Below, one piece after another: positions 8,730 to 18,929 of a DNA stretch of 47,814 nt. Under the pieces are notes generated by a model. The model was not told where the DNA came from. It ran no database searches and was given only the letters and a program-made list of their open reading frames with translations. This DNA is from Chloroflexota bacterium (GTDB lineage: Bacteria; Chloroflexota; JAJPGV01). A program made the position numbers and the translations under genes. The first letter of the stretch is position 1; each line of letters starts with the position of its first letter. The stretch spans positions 1-47,814 of the forward strand of contig DATKQD010000013.1 of assembly GCA_035532895.1 (NCBI GenBank), read 5' to 3'.

Positions 8730-9214
8730 GAGGTCGCGCCCGCCATTTCCCCAAGCTCCGCCAGCAGCGTATCGATGCGTTCGATACGGTCCTGGATGCC
8801 ATGCCGCATGTCCTTGAGCCGGGCGCGCTTCTCATTCACTATGCGCATCTGGCCCACCGCCACCTCCTTCAGTTTCAGCAGCTGATTTCGCCGCTCTTCC
8901 CGGCTTAAGCCACCTGTCTGGTGCAGCTCGCGCTTAATCTGCGCGCGTGTATCCTCCGCGGCGAGCATTTCTTTGATCTCGGCCAAGCTGAAGCCCAGCA
9001 CATCGCGCAGGTTCTTGATGTAGTCAATGCGCTCCACGTCGTCCGGAGAGTACAAGCGGAAGCCGCCCTCCATGCGACTCGCCGGCCGAAACAACCCCAG
9101 CTCCTCGTAGTAACGGAGAGTCCGCTGGGTGAGGCTTGTGCGGCTGGCGGCCTCACCTATCTGCAGGTAGCCCGTGCCCCTCTCCACGGCCCAAGTATAT
9201 CTCCGGCGTTTCAC
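8726..9214 (-). CDS. MerR-family transcriptional regulator with a long coiled-coil C-terminus
   Basis: HTH: YLQIGEAASRTSLTQRTLRYYEELGLFRP...FRLYSPDDVERIDYIKNLR. Candidate GTG starts at 9214 and 9187. The ORF-track start at 9427 is an unlikely extension. Confidence 0.85.
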   Translation of the reverse strand: MKRRRYTWAVERGTGYLQIGEAASRTSLTQRTLRYYEELGLFRPASRMEGGFRLYSPDDVERIDYIKNLRDVLGFSLAEIKEMLAAEDTRAQIKRELHQTGGLSREERRNQLLKLKEVAVGQMRIVNEKRARLKDMRHGIQDRIERIDTLLAELGEMAGATS

Positions 9215-9224
9215 GTTAACGTGA
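9211..9224. promoter_or_regulatory. Perfect 14-bp palindrome TCACGTTAACGTGA at the 5' end of the MerR gene (candidate operator)
   Basis: Read directly from the sequence. It lies in the divergent MerR / rep-like control region. Confidence 0.5.
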
Positions 9225-9327
9225 GGTTCATGTGAGTAGATCGGCTTACTTATCCAAAGATTTTTCTCCCTCTTTGTTGGGGTTGCCGGACTTTTCTCGG
9301 ACCCTTCCGAAAGGTGCCCCAGCGGTG

Positions 9328-9356
9328 TTGACTTGCCTGGCTGGGTCACCAATAAT
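9328..9356 (+). promoter_or_regulatory. Sigma-70-like promoter candidate (TTGACT-N17-AATAAT) facing the rep-like gene
   Basis: TTGACT at 9328-9333 and AATAAT at 9351-9356, with a 17-nt spacer, in a locally AT-richer stretch. Confidence 0.4.
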
Positions 9357-9430
9357 CCGGCCCTGAACCGCGTCACATAGCGTTCACGTAGTCTTTTGCC
9401 GGCGGGCGGGGCGGGCCACGACGGCAAGGT

Positions 9431-10714
9431 GTGGAACGCGGCTCAGGCCGGCCCGAGAACCCTAGTGTGAACTGGCAGGGGCCAGACCAGCAGCTGCATG
9501 CCCGCCGCGAGGGCCTGAGAAAGGATGAGGATTCCTCGTTGTCCGAAACTGCCGAAGCCACCGTCAACATTGAACTCGAGCCCTTCTACTACGCACCCCA
9601 GTCTGAAGCCTCGGCGTCCAACGGCCCCCGGCGCGTAGTCATTGGCAGCCGGTACTTTTGGGAAACCTGGGCGCCGCTCCTGGGGCCCACGCTTACTGTG
9701 CTCATCACCCGGCTGCGGCTGCACTGCTACTACAACCGAAAGACGCTGGAGCGGCGAGACTGGTGCTTCCCCACGCAAGAGACCCTTGCGCGCGAGATTG
9801 GCGTTTCCCGTTGGACAGTAATGCGGGAACTGAAGAAGCCGCTCGCCCAGAAGTTTGTCCGGGTGCAGCACCGCTCGCGCTACGACCGCGCTCGGCGACA
9901 AACCATTCGCCTCTCCAGCATGTACCACGTGGCTATGGATGACCCCATTCTGGGGAGCGCCACGAGTGCTGGGCAGGAGCTCGCCTCTGCCGCCCCACGT
10001 CATGTGGAAAACCGCACCCTCCAGCGTGAAGTGGCAGAGGCACACTCGGCGCCGGGCGCCGAGTTGCACATTTCTACGGGTCCTACCGAGGGCATATTGC
10101 CACCCAAAGACAAACCCGCGATAGAGACACTTCCTGATGTTGTTGATGACATCACGCGCGAATTGATTTGTGAGCTCATCTCCCCCAAAACGGCTGAAGA
10201 GTTGGCGCGCCAGTACCCAGCGGAGCTGATTCGCGAGAAGGTGGCTGGCGTGCATGAGCTGGCCCGGCAGAAGGGCACCCTGCGCAATGCCGCGGGCTTC
10301 CTCCGGCGGGCCATCGAGGAGGATTACCCGCTGCGGCTGACCGGCACGGACGATCGACCGGCAGCGCTGCTCGAGCTAAGGCCGAGCATGTCTTCGAGAG
10401 CATCCACCGGACCGTCCGCCGCCACGGATTCATCACTATCCGCACGCACACTGAGTCATGGAGTGGATGTAGACGTCTGGGAGCGGGTGAAGGCCAGCTT
10501 GCGTGCTGAGGTGACGCCAGCGGCCTACGCGCAATGGGTGGAAGGCAGCACGCTGCTCCATTGCACCGCCGGGCAGGTGCGGGTTGCCGTGGCCGATGCG
10601 CACGTGCAGCGCTACCTCCAGCGGCGGCTGCTGCGCGCGGCGGAAGCAGCGCTGCGGACCATCTGCGGGCAGGAGGTAGAGCTCGATATCGTGATCCATC
10701 CGGCGGCTGGGTAG
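9431..10714 (+). CDS. Replication-initiator-like HTH protein with a C-terminal DnaA_N-like domain
   Basis: Winged-HTH-like segment: FPTQETLAREIGVSRWTVMRELKKPL. Plasmid/phage Rep-like motif: LRNAAGFLRRAIEEDYPL. C-terminus WERVKASLRAEVTPAAYAQWVEGSTLL...VRVAVADAHVQRYLQRRL resembles DnaA domain I. The start is uncertain (GTG 9431, or TTG near 9538). Confidence 0.6.
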   Translation: MERGSGRPENPSVNWQGPDQQLHARREGLRKDEDSSLSETAEATVNIELEPFYYAPQSEASASNGPRRVVIGSRYFWETWAPLLGPTLTVLITRLRLHCYYNRKTLERRDWCFPTQETLAREIGVSRWTVMRELKKPLAQKFVRVQHRSRYDRARRQTIRLSSMYHVAMDDPILGSATSAGQELASAAPRHVENRTLQREVAEAHSAPGAELHISTGPTEGILPPKDKPAIETLPDVVDDITRELICELISPKTAEELARQYPAELIREKVAGVHELARQKGTLRNAAGFLRRAIEEDYPLRLTGTDDRPAALLELRPSMSSRASTGPSAATDSSLSARTLSHGVDVDVWERVKASLRAEVTPAAYAQWVEGSTLLHCTAGQVRVAVADAHVQRYLQRRLLRAAEAALRTICGQEVELDIVIHPAAG

Positions 10715-10784
10715 CAGTCTGCGACCTGGCGGCAGTCATAACGCGACAGATGAAAGGAACGACACACTTTTGGATACTGGAGTA

Positions 10785-11309
10785 ATGGACAGCGTGGGCA
10801 GCGTACTTAGCCGCGAGACGATTGCCGAGCTCATGGCGGGCGACTCGGCGCTGATCTCAGGCCACGTCTCGCGGGACGAGCAATTGCAACCTTGCGGCAT
10901 GGACCTTACGCTGGCCGCGGTGTATGACATTGCCGGCACCGGTCGGCTGGGGGTGGATGAGCGGCACTTGCCCGATAGACTGCCTGTCGCTTTCGACTTT
11001 TGGGGCTGGCTGCACTTAGCGCCGGGCAGCTATGTGGTGCTGTTCAACGAGACCGTACGGCTGCCGCTCGATCTCATGTGCCTGGGCAGGCCACGGTCCA
11101 GCCTGGCGCGCTGCGGCGCCGCGCTGCACACGGCTGTGTGGGATCCGGGATATGTTGGCCGCAGCGAAGCGCTGCTGATTGTCGAGAACTCCGCTGGCAT
11201 CGACCTGCAGAAGGATGCGCGCATTATGCAGTTGGTCTTCTTCCGCCTGGAAACGCCCACTTCCCAGGGATACAGCGGGCGCTACCAGGGCGAGCACCTG
11301 GCTGGCTGA
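10785..11309 (+). CDS. dCTP deaminase / dUTPase family protein (trimeric, archaeal-type dUTPase-like)
   Basis: Family-like segments: QPCGMDLTL, LAPGSYVVLFNETVRLP, AVWDPGYVGRSEALL, IMQLVFFRL. ATG at 10785 has GGAG 2 nt upstream (tGGAGtaATG). Confidence 0.7.
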   Translation: MDSVGSVLSRETIAELMAGDSALISGHVSRDEQLQPCGMDLTLAAVYDIAGTGRLGVDERHLPDRLPVAFDFWGWLHLAPGSYVVLFNETVRLPLDLMCLGRPRSSLARCGAALHTAVWDPGYVGRSEALLIVENSAGIDLQKDARIMQLVFFRLETPTSQGYSGRYQGEHLAG

Positions 11310-11362
11310 GCCGCGCGCGCCGAAAGCCGGAGACGAATGAGCGAACGTAAGAGCGTTGAAGC

Positions 11363-12337
11363 GTGAGCATCGAAGCGCATCTGGCCGCCGACTCCGTTAC
11401 GCCTTCCGGCTGCCGGCTCACCACGTGGGTGCTGAAGTATCCCCGGTGCATCCATAGCGAAGTGCTCACCCACCGCGCCTTCTCGCGCAACAGCGCTTCA
11501 TCGCGCGCCATCCCCGTGAGCAGGATGATCCAGCGCGTAGTAGACGAACCGTTCATTCCCCATTGGTGGGGCAAATCGCAGCCGGGTATGCAGGCTAGTG
11601 AAGAGGTGGACGAAGCCACCCAGGTGCAAGCTCGCGCGCTGTGGCTGCAGGCGCGGGACCGCGTGCTGGCGCTGGTGCGGGGCGAGCCCGACTCCCCCGG
11701 CCTGGAAGCATTGCACCTGCACAAACAGGTGATCAATCGCCTCCTGGAGCCGTGGATGCACATTGAGGTGGTGCTGTCGGCCACTGAATGGCACAACTGG
11801 TTCCTCTTGCGCGATGATCTCGCGGCCGAGCCGCACATCCGCGAGCTGGCGCACGCCATGCGCGAGCTGTACCGAGCGAGCACGCCTTCCGTGCATGAGG
11901 CCCTGCCGCATGGTTGCACGCTGAGCGCCGAGGAGGTACTTCAGGCGTCGGGCGAGAAGGACTGGGCCGCTTACTGGCACTTGCCGTTCGCACGGCTGGG
12001 CACCGAGACAAAGCTGCCCCGCAGTGCACAGCTGGCAGGTGGCCCCGGCAGCCCTTTCCAGGTCGGGCTGCTTGGCGCCATTAAGGAGGCCGTGGCCCAC
12101 TGCGCCTGGGTGAGCTACCTGAATGAATGGCGGGTGGGCTACACGCAGGAAGATGTGGAGCGCGTGTACGCGCAGCTGCTCAGCGCCCAGCCGGTGCACG
12201 CCAGCCCGGCCGAGCACGTAGCCGTAGCCTGTGATGGTCCGCACCGCCATGGCAACTTCACCGGCTGGTGCCAGTGGCGCAAGTTCCTGCCGAACGAAGC
12301 CGGCGGCGATTACACCAGCGAACATCGTTCGCGCTGA
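11363..12337 (+). CDS. thyX: FAD-dependent thymidylate synthase ThyX family, long phage-like variant
   Basis: ThyX signature THRAFSRNSASSRAIP. Later segments CAWVSY and HASPAEH correspond to the ThyX RVSY and HxSPxEH regions. GTG start. Confidence 0.7.
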   Translation: MSIEAHLAADSVTPSGCRLTTWVLKYPRCIHSEVLTHRAFSRNSASSRAIPVSRMIQRVVDEPFIPHWWGKSQPGMQASEEVDEATQVQARALWLQARDRVLALVRGEPDSPGLEALHLHKQVINRLLEPWMHIEVVLSATEWHNWFLLRDDLAAEPHIRELAHAMRELYRASTPSVHEALPHGCTLSAEEVLQASGEKDWAAYWHLPFARLGTETKLPRSAQLAGGPGSPFQVGLLGAIKEAVAHCAWVSYLNEWRVGYTQEDVERVYAQLLSAQPVHASPAEHVAVACDGPHRHGNFTGWCQWRKFLPNEAGGDYTSEHRSR

Positions 12338-12492
12338 AGCGTTACGGTGGATCCGCTGCGGGCCAAATGAGAGCGCCGGATGTAAGGCCTGAGCGACGCC
12401 GCGTCAACCCGACATAACTGCCGGAAGCCGAGACGCCGAGGTCAGTCGGAAAGCCAATAATGAGGACTGGACCCGCTCGGCCGGAGCTGATT

Positions 12493-12520
12493 TTGTGCGG
12501 GTTTGTGCGATGTGTATAAT
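12493..12520 (+). promoter_or_regulatory. Candidate promoter for the gltBD leader (perfect TATAAT, weak -35)
   Basis: TATAAT at 12515-12520; TTGTGC at 12493-12498 with a 16-nt spacer. Confidence 0.3.
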
Positions 12521-12555
12521 GTCGCTGACGACGACGTGATTCCCGGGGTTATGGC

Positions 12556-12592
12556 AGCCCGTTAGGAGTGCACCCACTCCGGCGGGCTTTTT
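12556..12592 (+). terminator. Intrinsic-terminator-like hairpin plus U-tract, 29 nt upstream of the gltB start
   Basis: AGCCCG tta GGAGTG cacc CACTCC gg CGGGCT followed by TTTT. This gives 12 paired positions in two 6-bp helices. Confidence 0.6.
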
Positions 12593-12621
12593 GCGCTCTC
12601 CGGGACAGAAAGATTTTGCGC

Positions 12622-15600
12622 ATGCACCAGGCTCGGCATCGCCCAACGGAACGTATCGGCTTGTACGACCCCAGCTTTGAGCATGACGCCTGCGGCATTG
12701 GCTTTGTGGCCAACATCAACGGCGCCCGGTCGCACGAGATTGTTCGGCAGGGCTTGCAGGTGCTCGATAACCTGTCGCACCGCGGCGCCACGGGCTGCGA
12801 CCCGCGCACGGGTGATGGCGCCGGCATCCTCATTCAGCTGCCGCACGAGTTCCTGCTGCGCCGCTGCCGGGACGAAGGCATCCGGCTGCCGGATCCTGGC
12901 GAATACGGCGTGGGCATGGTCTTTCTGCCGCGCGCGCATGGCCCGCTGCAGACGCACGACTTGGATACCTGCAAGCTCCTGGTGGAGGAAGCCATCCGCG
13001 AAGAGGGGCTGCAGTTGTTGGGCTGGCGCAAGGTGCCCATCGACCTCTCTGCCTGCGGCGAGCTGGCGCGAGACGTGGTGCCGGAAATTCGGCAGGTGTT
13101 CGTGGGCCGCGGCCATCAAGGGCAATCGCGCGAGGAACTGGAGCGGCGCCTGTACGTGGTGCGCAAGCGCCTCGAACGCGCGGTGCGCGAGTCCGGGCTG
13201 CGCGATGCCAACAGCTTCTACGTCTGCAGCCTGTCCACGCACAAGCTTATCTATAAGGGTCTGCTGATGTCGGACCAGATCCCGGCCTTCTACCAGGATC
13301 TGGACGACCCTACCATGGTCAGCGCGCTGGCACTCATCCACGCGCGCTTCAGTACGAACACCTTTCCATCGTGGGATCTCGCGCAGCCCTTCCACTATGT
13401 GGCACACAACGGTGAGATCAACACGCTGCGCGGCAACGTGAACTGGATGCACGCCCGACAGCGGCTCCTTGAATCGCCCCTGTTCGGCGAGGACATCAAA
13501 AAGCTGCTGCCCGTCGTGGCCCCCGGTGGCAGCGATTCGGCGGTGTTCGACAACGTGCTGGAGCTGCTGGTGGCGGGCGGCCGCTCGGTCGCCCACGCCA
13601 TGATGATGCTCATCCCCGAGGCCTGGCAAAACGACACCGCCATGGCCGACGACAAGCGCGCTTTCTATGAGTACCACTCGGCGCTCATGGAGCCATGGGA
13701 TGGCCCGGCCTCTATCGCTTTCTCCGATGGGCACGTCATCGGCGCCGTGCTGGATCGCAATGGGCTGCGCCCGTCGCGCTACGTGGTCACTAAGGCCGGC
13801 CTCGTGGTGATGGCCTCAGAAGTGGGTGTCCTGGACATTCCAGCCGATCAGATCGCCAGTAAAGGCCGGCTGCAGCCGGGGCGCATGTTCCTGGTGGATA
13901 CCGAGCAGCACCGCATCATCTCTGACGCGGAGCTCAAGGCCGATATCACCTCGCGGCAGCCTTACCGCGCCTGGCTCGACAGCAACGTCATCCATCTGGA
14001 TGACCTCGAGCCCTCGGGGAGGCGATCTGGCGCTTCGACTGCCCGGCCCTCCAGCACCGGTGGTGACATCGACGACTTCCCAGAGGGGCTCATGGCGGAG
14101 GAAGCTGGCCCCCGGCTGCTGAAGCTGCAGCAGGCCTTTGGCTACACCAGCGAGGACCTGCGGATCCTCATGGCGCCGATGGCCGCCAACGGGGAGGAAG
14201 CTATCGGTTCCATGGGCACGGATACCGCGCTGGCGGTGCTGTCGGACCGTCCCCAGCTGCTGTTCAACTACTTCAAACAGCTGTTTGCACAGGTCACCAA
14301 CCCCGCCATCGACAAGGACAAGGAAGAGCTGATCATGTCGCTGCAAACGACAATCGGCTCCGAGGGAAACCTGCTGGACGAAACGCCGGAGCAGTGCCGC
14401 CAGCTGGCGCTGGAAACGCCGGTGCTCACCAATCACCAGCTGGCTCTGCTCAAGCAGGCGCACCAGCCAGGGCTCGAGGCGGTGACTTTGCCGGCGCTGT
14501 TTGCCCGCGGCAGCGGTGGTCCCGGGTTGGAGGCCGCACTGGCTGCGCTGTGCCAGGCGGCGTCGTCCGCGTGCGCGAGCGGTGCGACGGTCCTCATCAT
14601 CTCGGATCGTGGCGTGGACGAGGAGCACGTGGCTATCCCCAGCCTGCTGGCGGTTGCGGGCGTGCACCATCACCTCATTCGCGAGGGGCTGCGCACCAGG
14701 GTGGGGTTAGTGATCGAGAGTGGCGAGCCGCGCGAGGCACACCACTTCGCGCTGCTCTCAGGCTACGGCGCGGGGGCCTTCAACCCCTACCTGGCCTATG
14801 AGTCGGTGGTGCAGATGGTACGGGAGCAGGCGCTGCATGAAACCGACGCCGCGACCGCGTTGGAGCACTACCGCAAAGCGATCGGCAAGTCGCTCCTGAA
14901 GGTGTCCTCGAAGATGGGCATCTCCACCTTGCAGAGCTACCGCGGGGCACAGATTTTCGAGGCCATCGGCCTGAACCGTGATGTAGTGGATCGCTACTTC
15001 ACCTGGACCCCGTCGCGCATTGAGGGTGTGGGATTGGAGGCTATAGCCTGGGAGGCGGAGCAGCGTCACCAGCGCGGTTTCGGCCTTCCAGAACAGTTGG
15101 CCGAGCTGTTGGAGGTGGGGGGCCAGTACCAGTGGCGCCGCCGCGGAGAGCACCACCTGTTCAATCCGACGACCATTGGCCGGCTGCAGCATGCTGTCCG
15201 ATCCGGCAACTTCAAGGCCTTTCGGGAATACACCAAGGCTGTCAACGACCAGAGCCAGCGCTTGGCTACGCTGCGCGGGCTGCTCAAGTTCAAGACGGGC
15301 ACGCCGGTCCCGCTCGACGAAGTGGAGCCGGCCAGCGCGATTGTCAAGCGCTTCAAGACGGGCGCCATGTCGCTGGGATCGATCAGCCGCGAGGCGCACG
15401 AGACGCTGGCTATCGCCATGAACCGCATCGGCGGTAAGAGCAATACCGGCGAAGGCGGTGAAGATCCCACGCGCTTCACACGCGACGAGAATGGCGACTG
15501 GCGCCGCAGCGCCATCAAGCAGGTGGCATCAGGCCGTTTTGGAGTGACCAGCGAATACCTGGTGAATGCCGACGAGCTGCAGATCAAAATCGCCCAGGGC

Positions 15601-17250
15601 GCCAAGCCGGGCGAAGGCGGCCAGTTGCCCGGCCACAAGGTCGATGACTACATCGGCAAAATCCGCTACTCGACGCCTGGGGTAGGCCTCATCTCCCCGC
15701 CGCCACACCACGACATCTACTCCATCGAGGATCTAGCTCAGCTGATCCACGACCTCAAGAACGCCAACAACCGCGCGCGGATCACGGTGAAGCTGGTCGC
15801 GGAGATGGGTGTGGGCACCGTGGCGGCCGGGGTGGCCAAAGCCAAGGCTGACGTGGTGCTCATCAGCGGGCACGATGGCGGCACCGGAGCGTCGCCGCTC
15901 ACCTCTATTAAGCACGCGGGCGCGCCCTGGGAGCTGGGGCTGGCCGAAACGCAGCAGGTGCTGGTGATGAACGACCTCCGAGGCCGCATCCGTGTGGAGG
16001 TTGATGGCCAGCTCAAGACCGGGCGCGATGTGGTGGTGGGCTGCCTGCTGGGCGCGGAAGAGTTTGGCTTTGCCACCACGGCGCTGGTGGCCATGGGCTG
16101 TGTGCTGATGCGTGTGTGCCACCTGAATACCTGCCCGGTAGGCATTGCCACGCAGGACCCAGAGCTGCGCAAGTTGTTCCAGGGCCAGCCGGAGCATGTC
16201 ATCAACTTTATGTACTTCATCGCCGAAGAGGTGCGTGAGCTGATGGCTGAACTCGGTTTCCGCACCATGGAGGACATGGTGGGCCGGGTGGAGCGCCTTG
16301 AGCCGGTGGACCCCGAAGCGGCCGCCCACTGGAAAGCCCAGGGTATCGACTTCTCGCAGATCCTGCACAAGCCTGAGGTGCCCGATAGTGTGGCCGTTCG
16401 CTGTGTGGAGCAGCAGGACCACGGGCTGGACCGCGCGCTGGATCACCGGCTCATCTCGTTTGCCGCCGATGCGCTGGACGGCAAAGGCCCCGTCGAGATC
16501 TCTCTGCCCATCCGCAACAGCAACCGCACCGTGGGCACCATGCTGAGCAGCGAGATTTCGCGACGCTACGGCGCCCAGGGCTTGCCGCCCTTCTCAGTGA
16601 ACGTGCACTTCAATGGCACGGCCGGGCAGAGTTTCGGCGCCTTCATGGCCAACGGCGTGTCGTTCACGCTGGAGGGCGATGCGAACGACTACTTTGCCAA
16701 AGGCATGTCCGGCGGGTCCATCGTGGTCTATCCGCCGCGCGGTGCAACCTACCAGCCGGAGGAGAATATCATCGTCGGTAACGTGGCGTTGTACGGCGCC
16801 ACGGGAGGCGAAGTGTTCATTCGTGGCATCGCGGGCGAGCGCTTTGGCATCCGCAACAGCGGCGCCACGGCGGTAGTGGAGGGCCTGGGCGATCACGGCT
16901 GTGAGTACATGACGCGCGGGCTCGTGGTTGTACTGGGGGCCACAGGGCGCAACTTTGCCGCGGCCATGAGCGGTGGCATCGCCTACGTGCTGGATGTTGA
17001 TGGCGAGTTCGCTCAGCGCTGCAACACAACGATGGTGGAGCTTGATCCCCTGGATGGCAAGGATGCGGAGCAACTGCGAGAACTACTGCAGCGCCACGCC
17101 CAGCTCACTGAGAGCACTGTCGCCGAGGGCTTGCTGCGCGACTGGAGCCAGGCCCGCCGGCGCTTCGTGAAGGTCGTGCCCATGGAGTACCGCCGGGTGC
17201 TGGCGCAGAAACACCTGGACGCGGACAGCATCCGCCTGGCGAGCGTGTAG
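12622..17250 (+). CDS. gltB: Glutamate synthase large subunit
   Basis: Ntn-amidotransferase start ...[14 protein letters not shown]. Full-length architecture of about 1540 aa, including the FMN domain (GGTGASP) and the C-terminal GXGXG domain. ATG at 12622 is in frame. Confidence 0.95.
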   Translation: MHQARHRPTERIGLYDPSFEHDACGIGFVANINGARSHEIVRQGLQVLDNLSHRGATGCDPRTGDGAGILIQLPHEFLLRRCRDEGIRLPDPGEYGVGMVFLPRAHGPLQTHDLDTCKLLVEEAIREEGLQLLGWRKVPIDLSACGELARDVVPEIRQVFVGRGHQGQSREELERRLYVVRKRLERAVRESGLRDANSFYVCSLSTHKLIYKGLLMSDQIPAFYQDLDDPTMVSALALIHARFSTNTFPSWDLAQPFHYVAHNGEINTLRGNVNWMHARQRLLESPLFGEDIKKLLPVVAPGGSDSAVFDNVLELLVAGGRSVAHAMMMLIPEAWQNDTAMADDKRAFYEYHSALMEPWDGPASIAFSDGHVIGAVLDRNGLRPSRYVVTKAGLVVMASEVGVLDIPADQIASKGRLQPGRMFLVDTEQHRIISDAELKADITSRQPYRAWLDSNVIHLDDLEPSGRRSGASTARPSSTGGDIDDFPEGLMAEEAGPRLLKLQQAFGYTSEDLRILMAPMAANGEEAIGSMGTDTALAVLSDRPQLLFNYFKQLFAQVTNPAIDKDKEELIMSLQTTIGSEGNLLDETPEQCRQLALETPVLTNHQLALLKQAHQPGLEAVTLPALFARGSGGPGLEAALAALCQAASSACASGATVLIISDRGVDEEHVAIPSLLAVAGVHHHLIREGLRTRVGLVIESGEPREAHHFALLSGYGAGAFNPYLAYESVVQMVREQALHETDAATALEHYRKAIGKSLLKVSSKMGISTLQSYRGAQIFEAIGLNRDVVDRYFTWTPSRIEGVGLEAIAWEAEQRHQRGFGLPEQLAELLEVGGQYQWRRRGEHHLFNPTTIGRLQHAVRSGNFKAFREYTKAVNDQSQRLATLRGLLKFKTGTPVPLDEVEPASAIVKRFKTGAMSLGSISREAHETLAIAMNRIGGKSNTGEGGEDPTRFTRDENGDWRRSAIKQVASGRFGVTSEYLVNADELQIKIAQGAKPGEGGQLPGHKVDDYIGKIRYSTPGVGLISPPPHHDIYSIEDLAQLIHDLKNANNRARITVKLVAEMGVGTVAAGVAKAKADVVLISGHDGGTGASPLTSIKHAGAPWELGLAETQQVLVMNDLRGRIRVEVDGQLKTGRDVVVGCLLGAEEFGFATTALVAMGCVLMRVCHLNTCPVGIATQDPELRKLFQGQPEHVINFMYFIAEEVRELMAELGFRTMEDMVGRVERLEPVDPEAAAHWKAQGIDFSQILHKPEVPDSVAVRCVEQQDHGLDRALDHRLISFAADALDGKGPVEISLPIRNSNRTVGTMLSSEISRRYGAQGLPPFSVNVHFNGTAGQSFGAFMANGVSFTLEGDANDYFAKGMSGGSIVVYPPRGATYQPEENIIVGNVALYGATGGEVFIRGIAGERFGIRNSGATAVVEGLGDHGCEYMTRGLVVVLGATGRNFAAAMSGGIAYVLDVDGEFAQRCNTTMVELDPLDGKDAEQLRELLQRHAQLTESTVAEGLLRDWSQARRRFVKVVPMEYRRVLAQKHLDADSIRLASV

Positions 17251-17255
17251 CGGAT

Positions 17256-18719
17256 ATGGGCAAGATCACCGGCTTCATTGAGATCCAGCGCGATACATCG
17301 CACCGCCGCCCCGTGGATGTACGCCTCAATGACTATCGAGAGATTTACGAGGACTATCCAGCCGACCTGCTGCAGCGGCAGGGAGCTCGCTGCATGGATT
17401 GCGGTATACCTTTCTGCCACAAAGGCTGCCCGCTGGGCAACATCATTCCCGAATGGAACGATCTGGTCTATCGGGGCAAGTGGCGGACCGCCATCGACGT
17501 GCTGCACTCCACCAACTCCTTCCCCGAGTTCACCGGGCGGGTGTGCCCCGCGCCCTGCGAGGAATCCTGCACGCTGAGCATCAACAGCGAGCCGGTAACC
17601 ATCAAGCAGATCGAGCTGGGCATCGTTGAACACGCCTTTCGCGAGGGCCTCATCACGCCCCGGCCACCTACGCGGCGGACCGGCAAGAAGGTGGCTGTGG
17701 TGGGCTCTGGCCCCTCGGGCCTCGCCGCGGCGGCGCAGATCAATGCCGCTGGTCATACCGTCACCGTGTTCGAGCGGGCAGATCGGCCGGGCGGCATTCT
17801 GCGCTACGGCATCCCCGACTTCAAGCTGGAGAAGTGGGTCGTGGAGCGCCGGGTCAAGCTCATGGAGGCCGAGGGCGTGACCTTCCGTACCAGCACGCAT
17901 GTGGGCGTGAATTATCCGGTGGAGCGGCTGCGGCAGGAGTTCGACGCCATCATCCTGACGGGTGGCGCCACCAACCCGCGCGACCTCAATGTGCCCGGGC
18001 GCGATCTCAAGGGTGTCCACTTTGCCATGGATTTTCTGCCACAGCAGAACCGGCGCCTGGCCGGCCTCCCGGTCGACGAGCGGGCGGCGATTATGGCTAC
18101 CGGCAAGCGCGTGGTCATTATCGGCGGTGGCGACACTGGGGCGGACTGCCTTGGCACCTGTCACCGCCAGGGTGCCAAGGAGGTCTACCAGTTCGAGCTG
18201 CTGCCCAAGCCACCGGAGGACCGCCCGGCAGACATGCCCTGGCCGCTCAACCCCGGCCCGGCGATCTTACGGACATCTACCTCGCACGAAGAGGGTGGCT
18301 TGCGCGACTGGAGCATCGACACGACTGGCTTCGCCGGCGACGAACAGGGCCGCGTGAAGGCGCTGCAGGGCGTGCGGTTGGAGTGGGCTAAGGACGAGAA
18401 TGGGCGCCTGCAGATGTCGCGGGTGCCCGGCTCCGAGTTCCAGCTTGAGGCGGACCTAGTGTTGCTGGCGCTGGGCTTCCTGGGCCCGGAGAAGCCCGGC
18501 ATGCTCGCCGACCTGGGCGTGGAGCTGGACCAGCGGGGCAATGTGAAGGTGGATGCGAACTATATGAGCAGCCTGCCCGGGGTGTTCGCCGCGGGCGATA
18601 TGCGCCGTGGTCAGTCGCTGGTCGTGTGGGCCATCTGGGAGGGGCGCGAAGCCGCTCGCGGCGTGGACAGGTACCTCATGGGCGGCGAGACGGTGCTTCC
18701 CTCCAGCCCCGACTGGTAG
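17256..18719 (+). CDS. gltD: Glutamate synthase small subunit (NAD(P)H-dependent)
   Basis: Fe-S Cys clusters [10 protein letters not shown]...[10 protein letters not shown]; dinucleotide fold [15 protein letters not shown]; [13 protein letters not shown]. Starts 6 nt after gltB. Confidence 0.95.
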   Translation: MGKITGFIEIQRDTSHRRPVDVRLNDYREIYEDYPADLLQRQGARCMDCGIPFCHKGCPLGNIIPEWNDLVYRGKWRTAIDVLHSTNSFPEFTGRVCPAPCEESCTLSINSEPVTIKQIELGIVEHAFREGLITPRPPTRRTGKKVAVVGSGPSGLAAAAQINAAGHTVTVFERADRPGGILRYGIPDFKLEKWVVERRVKLMEAEGVTFRTSTHVGVNYPVERLRQEFDAIILTGGATNPRDLNVPGRDLKGVHFAMDFLPQQNRRLAGLPVDERAAIMATGKRVVIIGGGDTGADCLGTCHRQGAKEVYQFELLPKPPEDRPADMPWPLNPGPAILRTSTSHEEGGLRDWSIDTTGFAGDEQGRVKALQGVRLEWAKDENGRLQMSRVPGSEFQLEADLVLLALGFLGPEKPGMLADLGVELDQRGNVKVDANYMSSLPGVFAAGDMRRGQSLVVWAIWEGREAARGVDRYLMGGETVLPSSPDW

Positions 18720-18929
18720 CGCCACACAACACAGCCACAACGCGCCGCGGGCGCAACCCCAGCCGCGCACCGGGGCATCTGAGCCTCGCCTTCGTAAGCG
18801 GTCCCGGCCGATGCCCTGGGGCATGTTTTGTCAAGCTGGTAGGGCATATTGCACAGCCTGGGTGGGTGCTGCGAGGCGCTCCTGGTAACATTTGTGCAAA
18901 ATGACAGCAGGGTTGCACCAGGTGCCCGC

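Noticed and set aside
9250-9258. DnaA-box-like TTATCCAAA next to the rep-like gene, with a related TATCCAAAA on the other strand near 10763-10771. This raised the possibility of a replication origin.
   Set aside because: There are only two imperfect boxes, no cluster, no AT-rich unwinding element and no dnaA/dnaN. The rep-like protein carries a DnaA domain-I-like tail, not the box-binding domain IV.
12551-12565. Mini-ORF ATG GCA GCC CGT TAG (MAAR) overlapping the 5' arm of the gltB leader hairpin, considered as a possible leader peptide for attenuation.
   Set aside because: It has four codons, no convincing Shine-Dalgarno sequence and no regulatory-codon logic, so it is easily a chance occurrence. 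I kept only the hairpin observation.
12562-13734. Long antisense ORFs opposite well-supported genes. Examples: 12562..13734(-) opposite gltB; 17013..18164(-) opposite gltD; 19086..20627(-) opposite pucR; 27402..29039(+); 29569..30957(-); 38387..39565(+); 43446..44990(+) opposite ftsZ; 35992..36567(-).
   Set aside because: Their translations are Arg/Ala/Gly/Pro/His-rich with no motifs, and each lies opposite a gene with strong family signatures. Stop-poor antisense frames are expected in GC-rich DNA.
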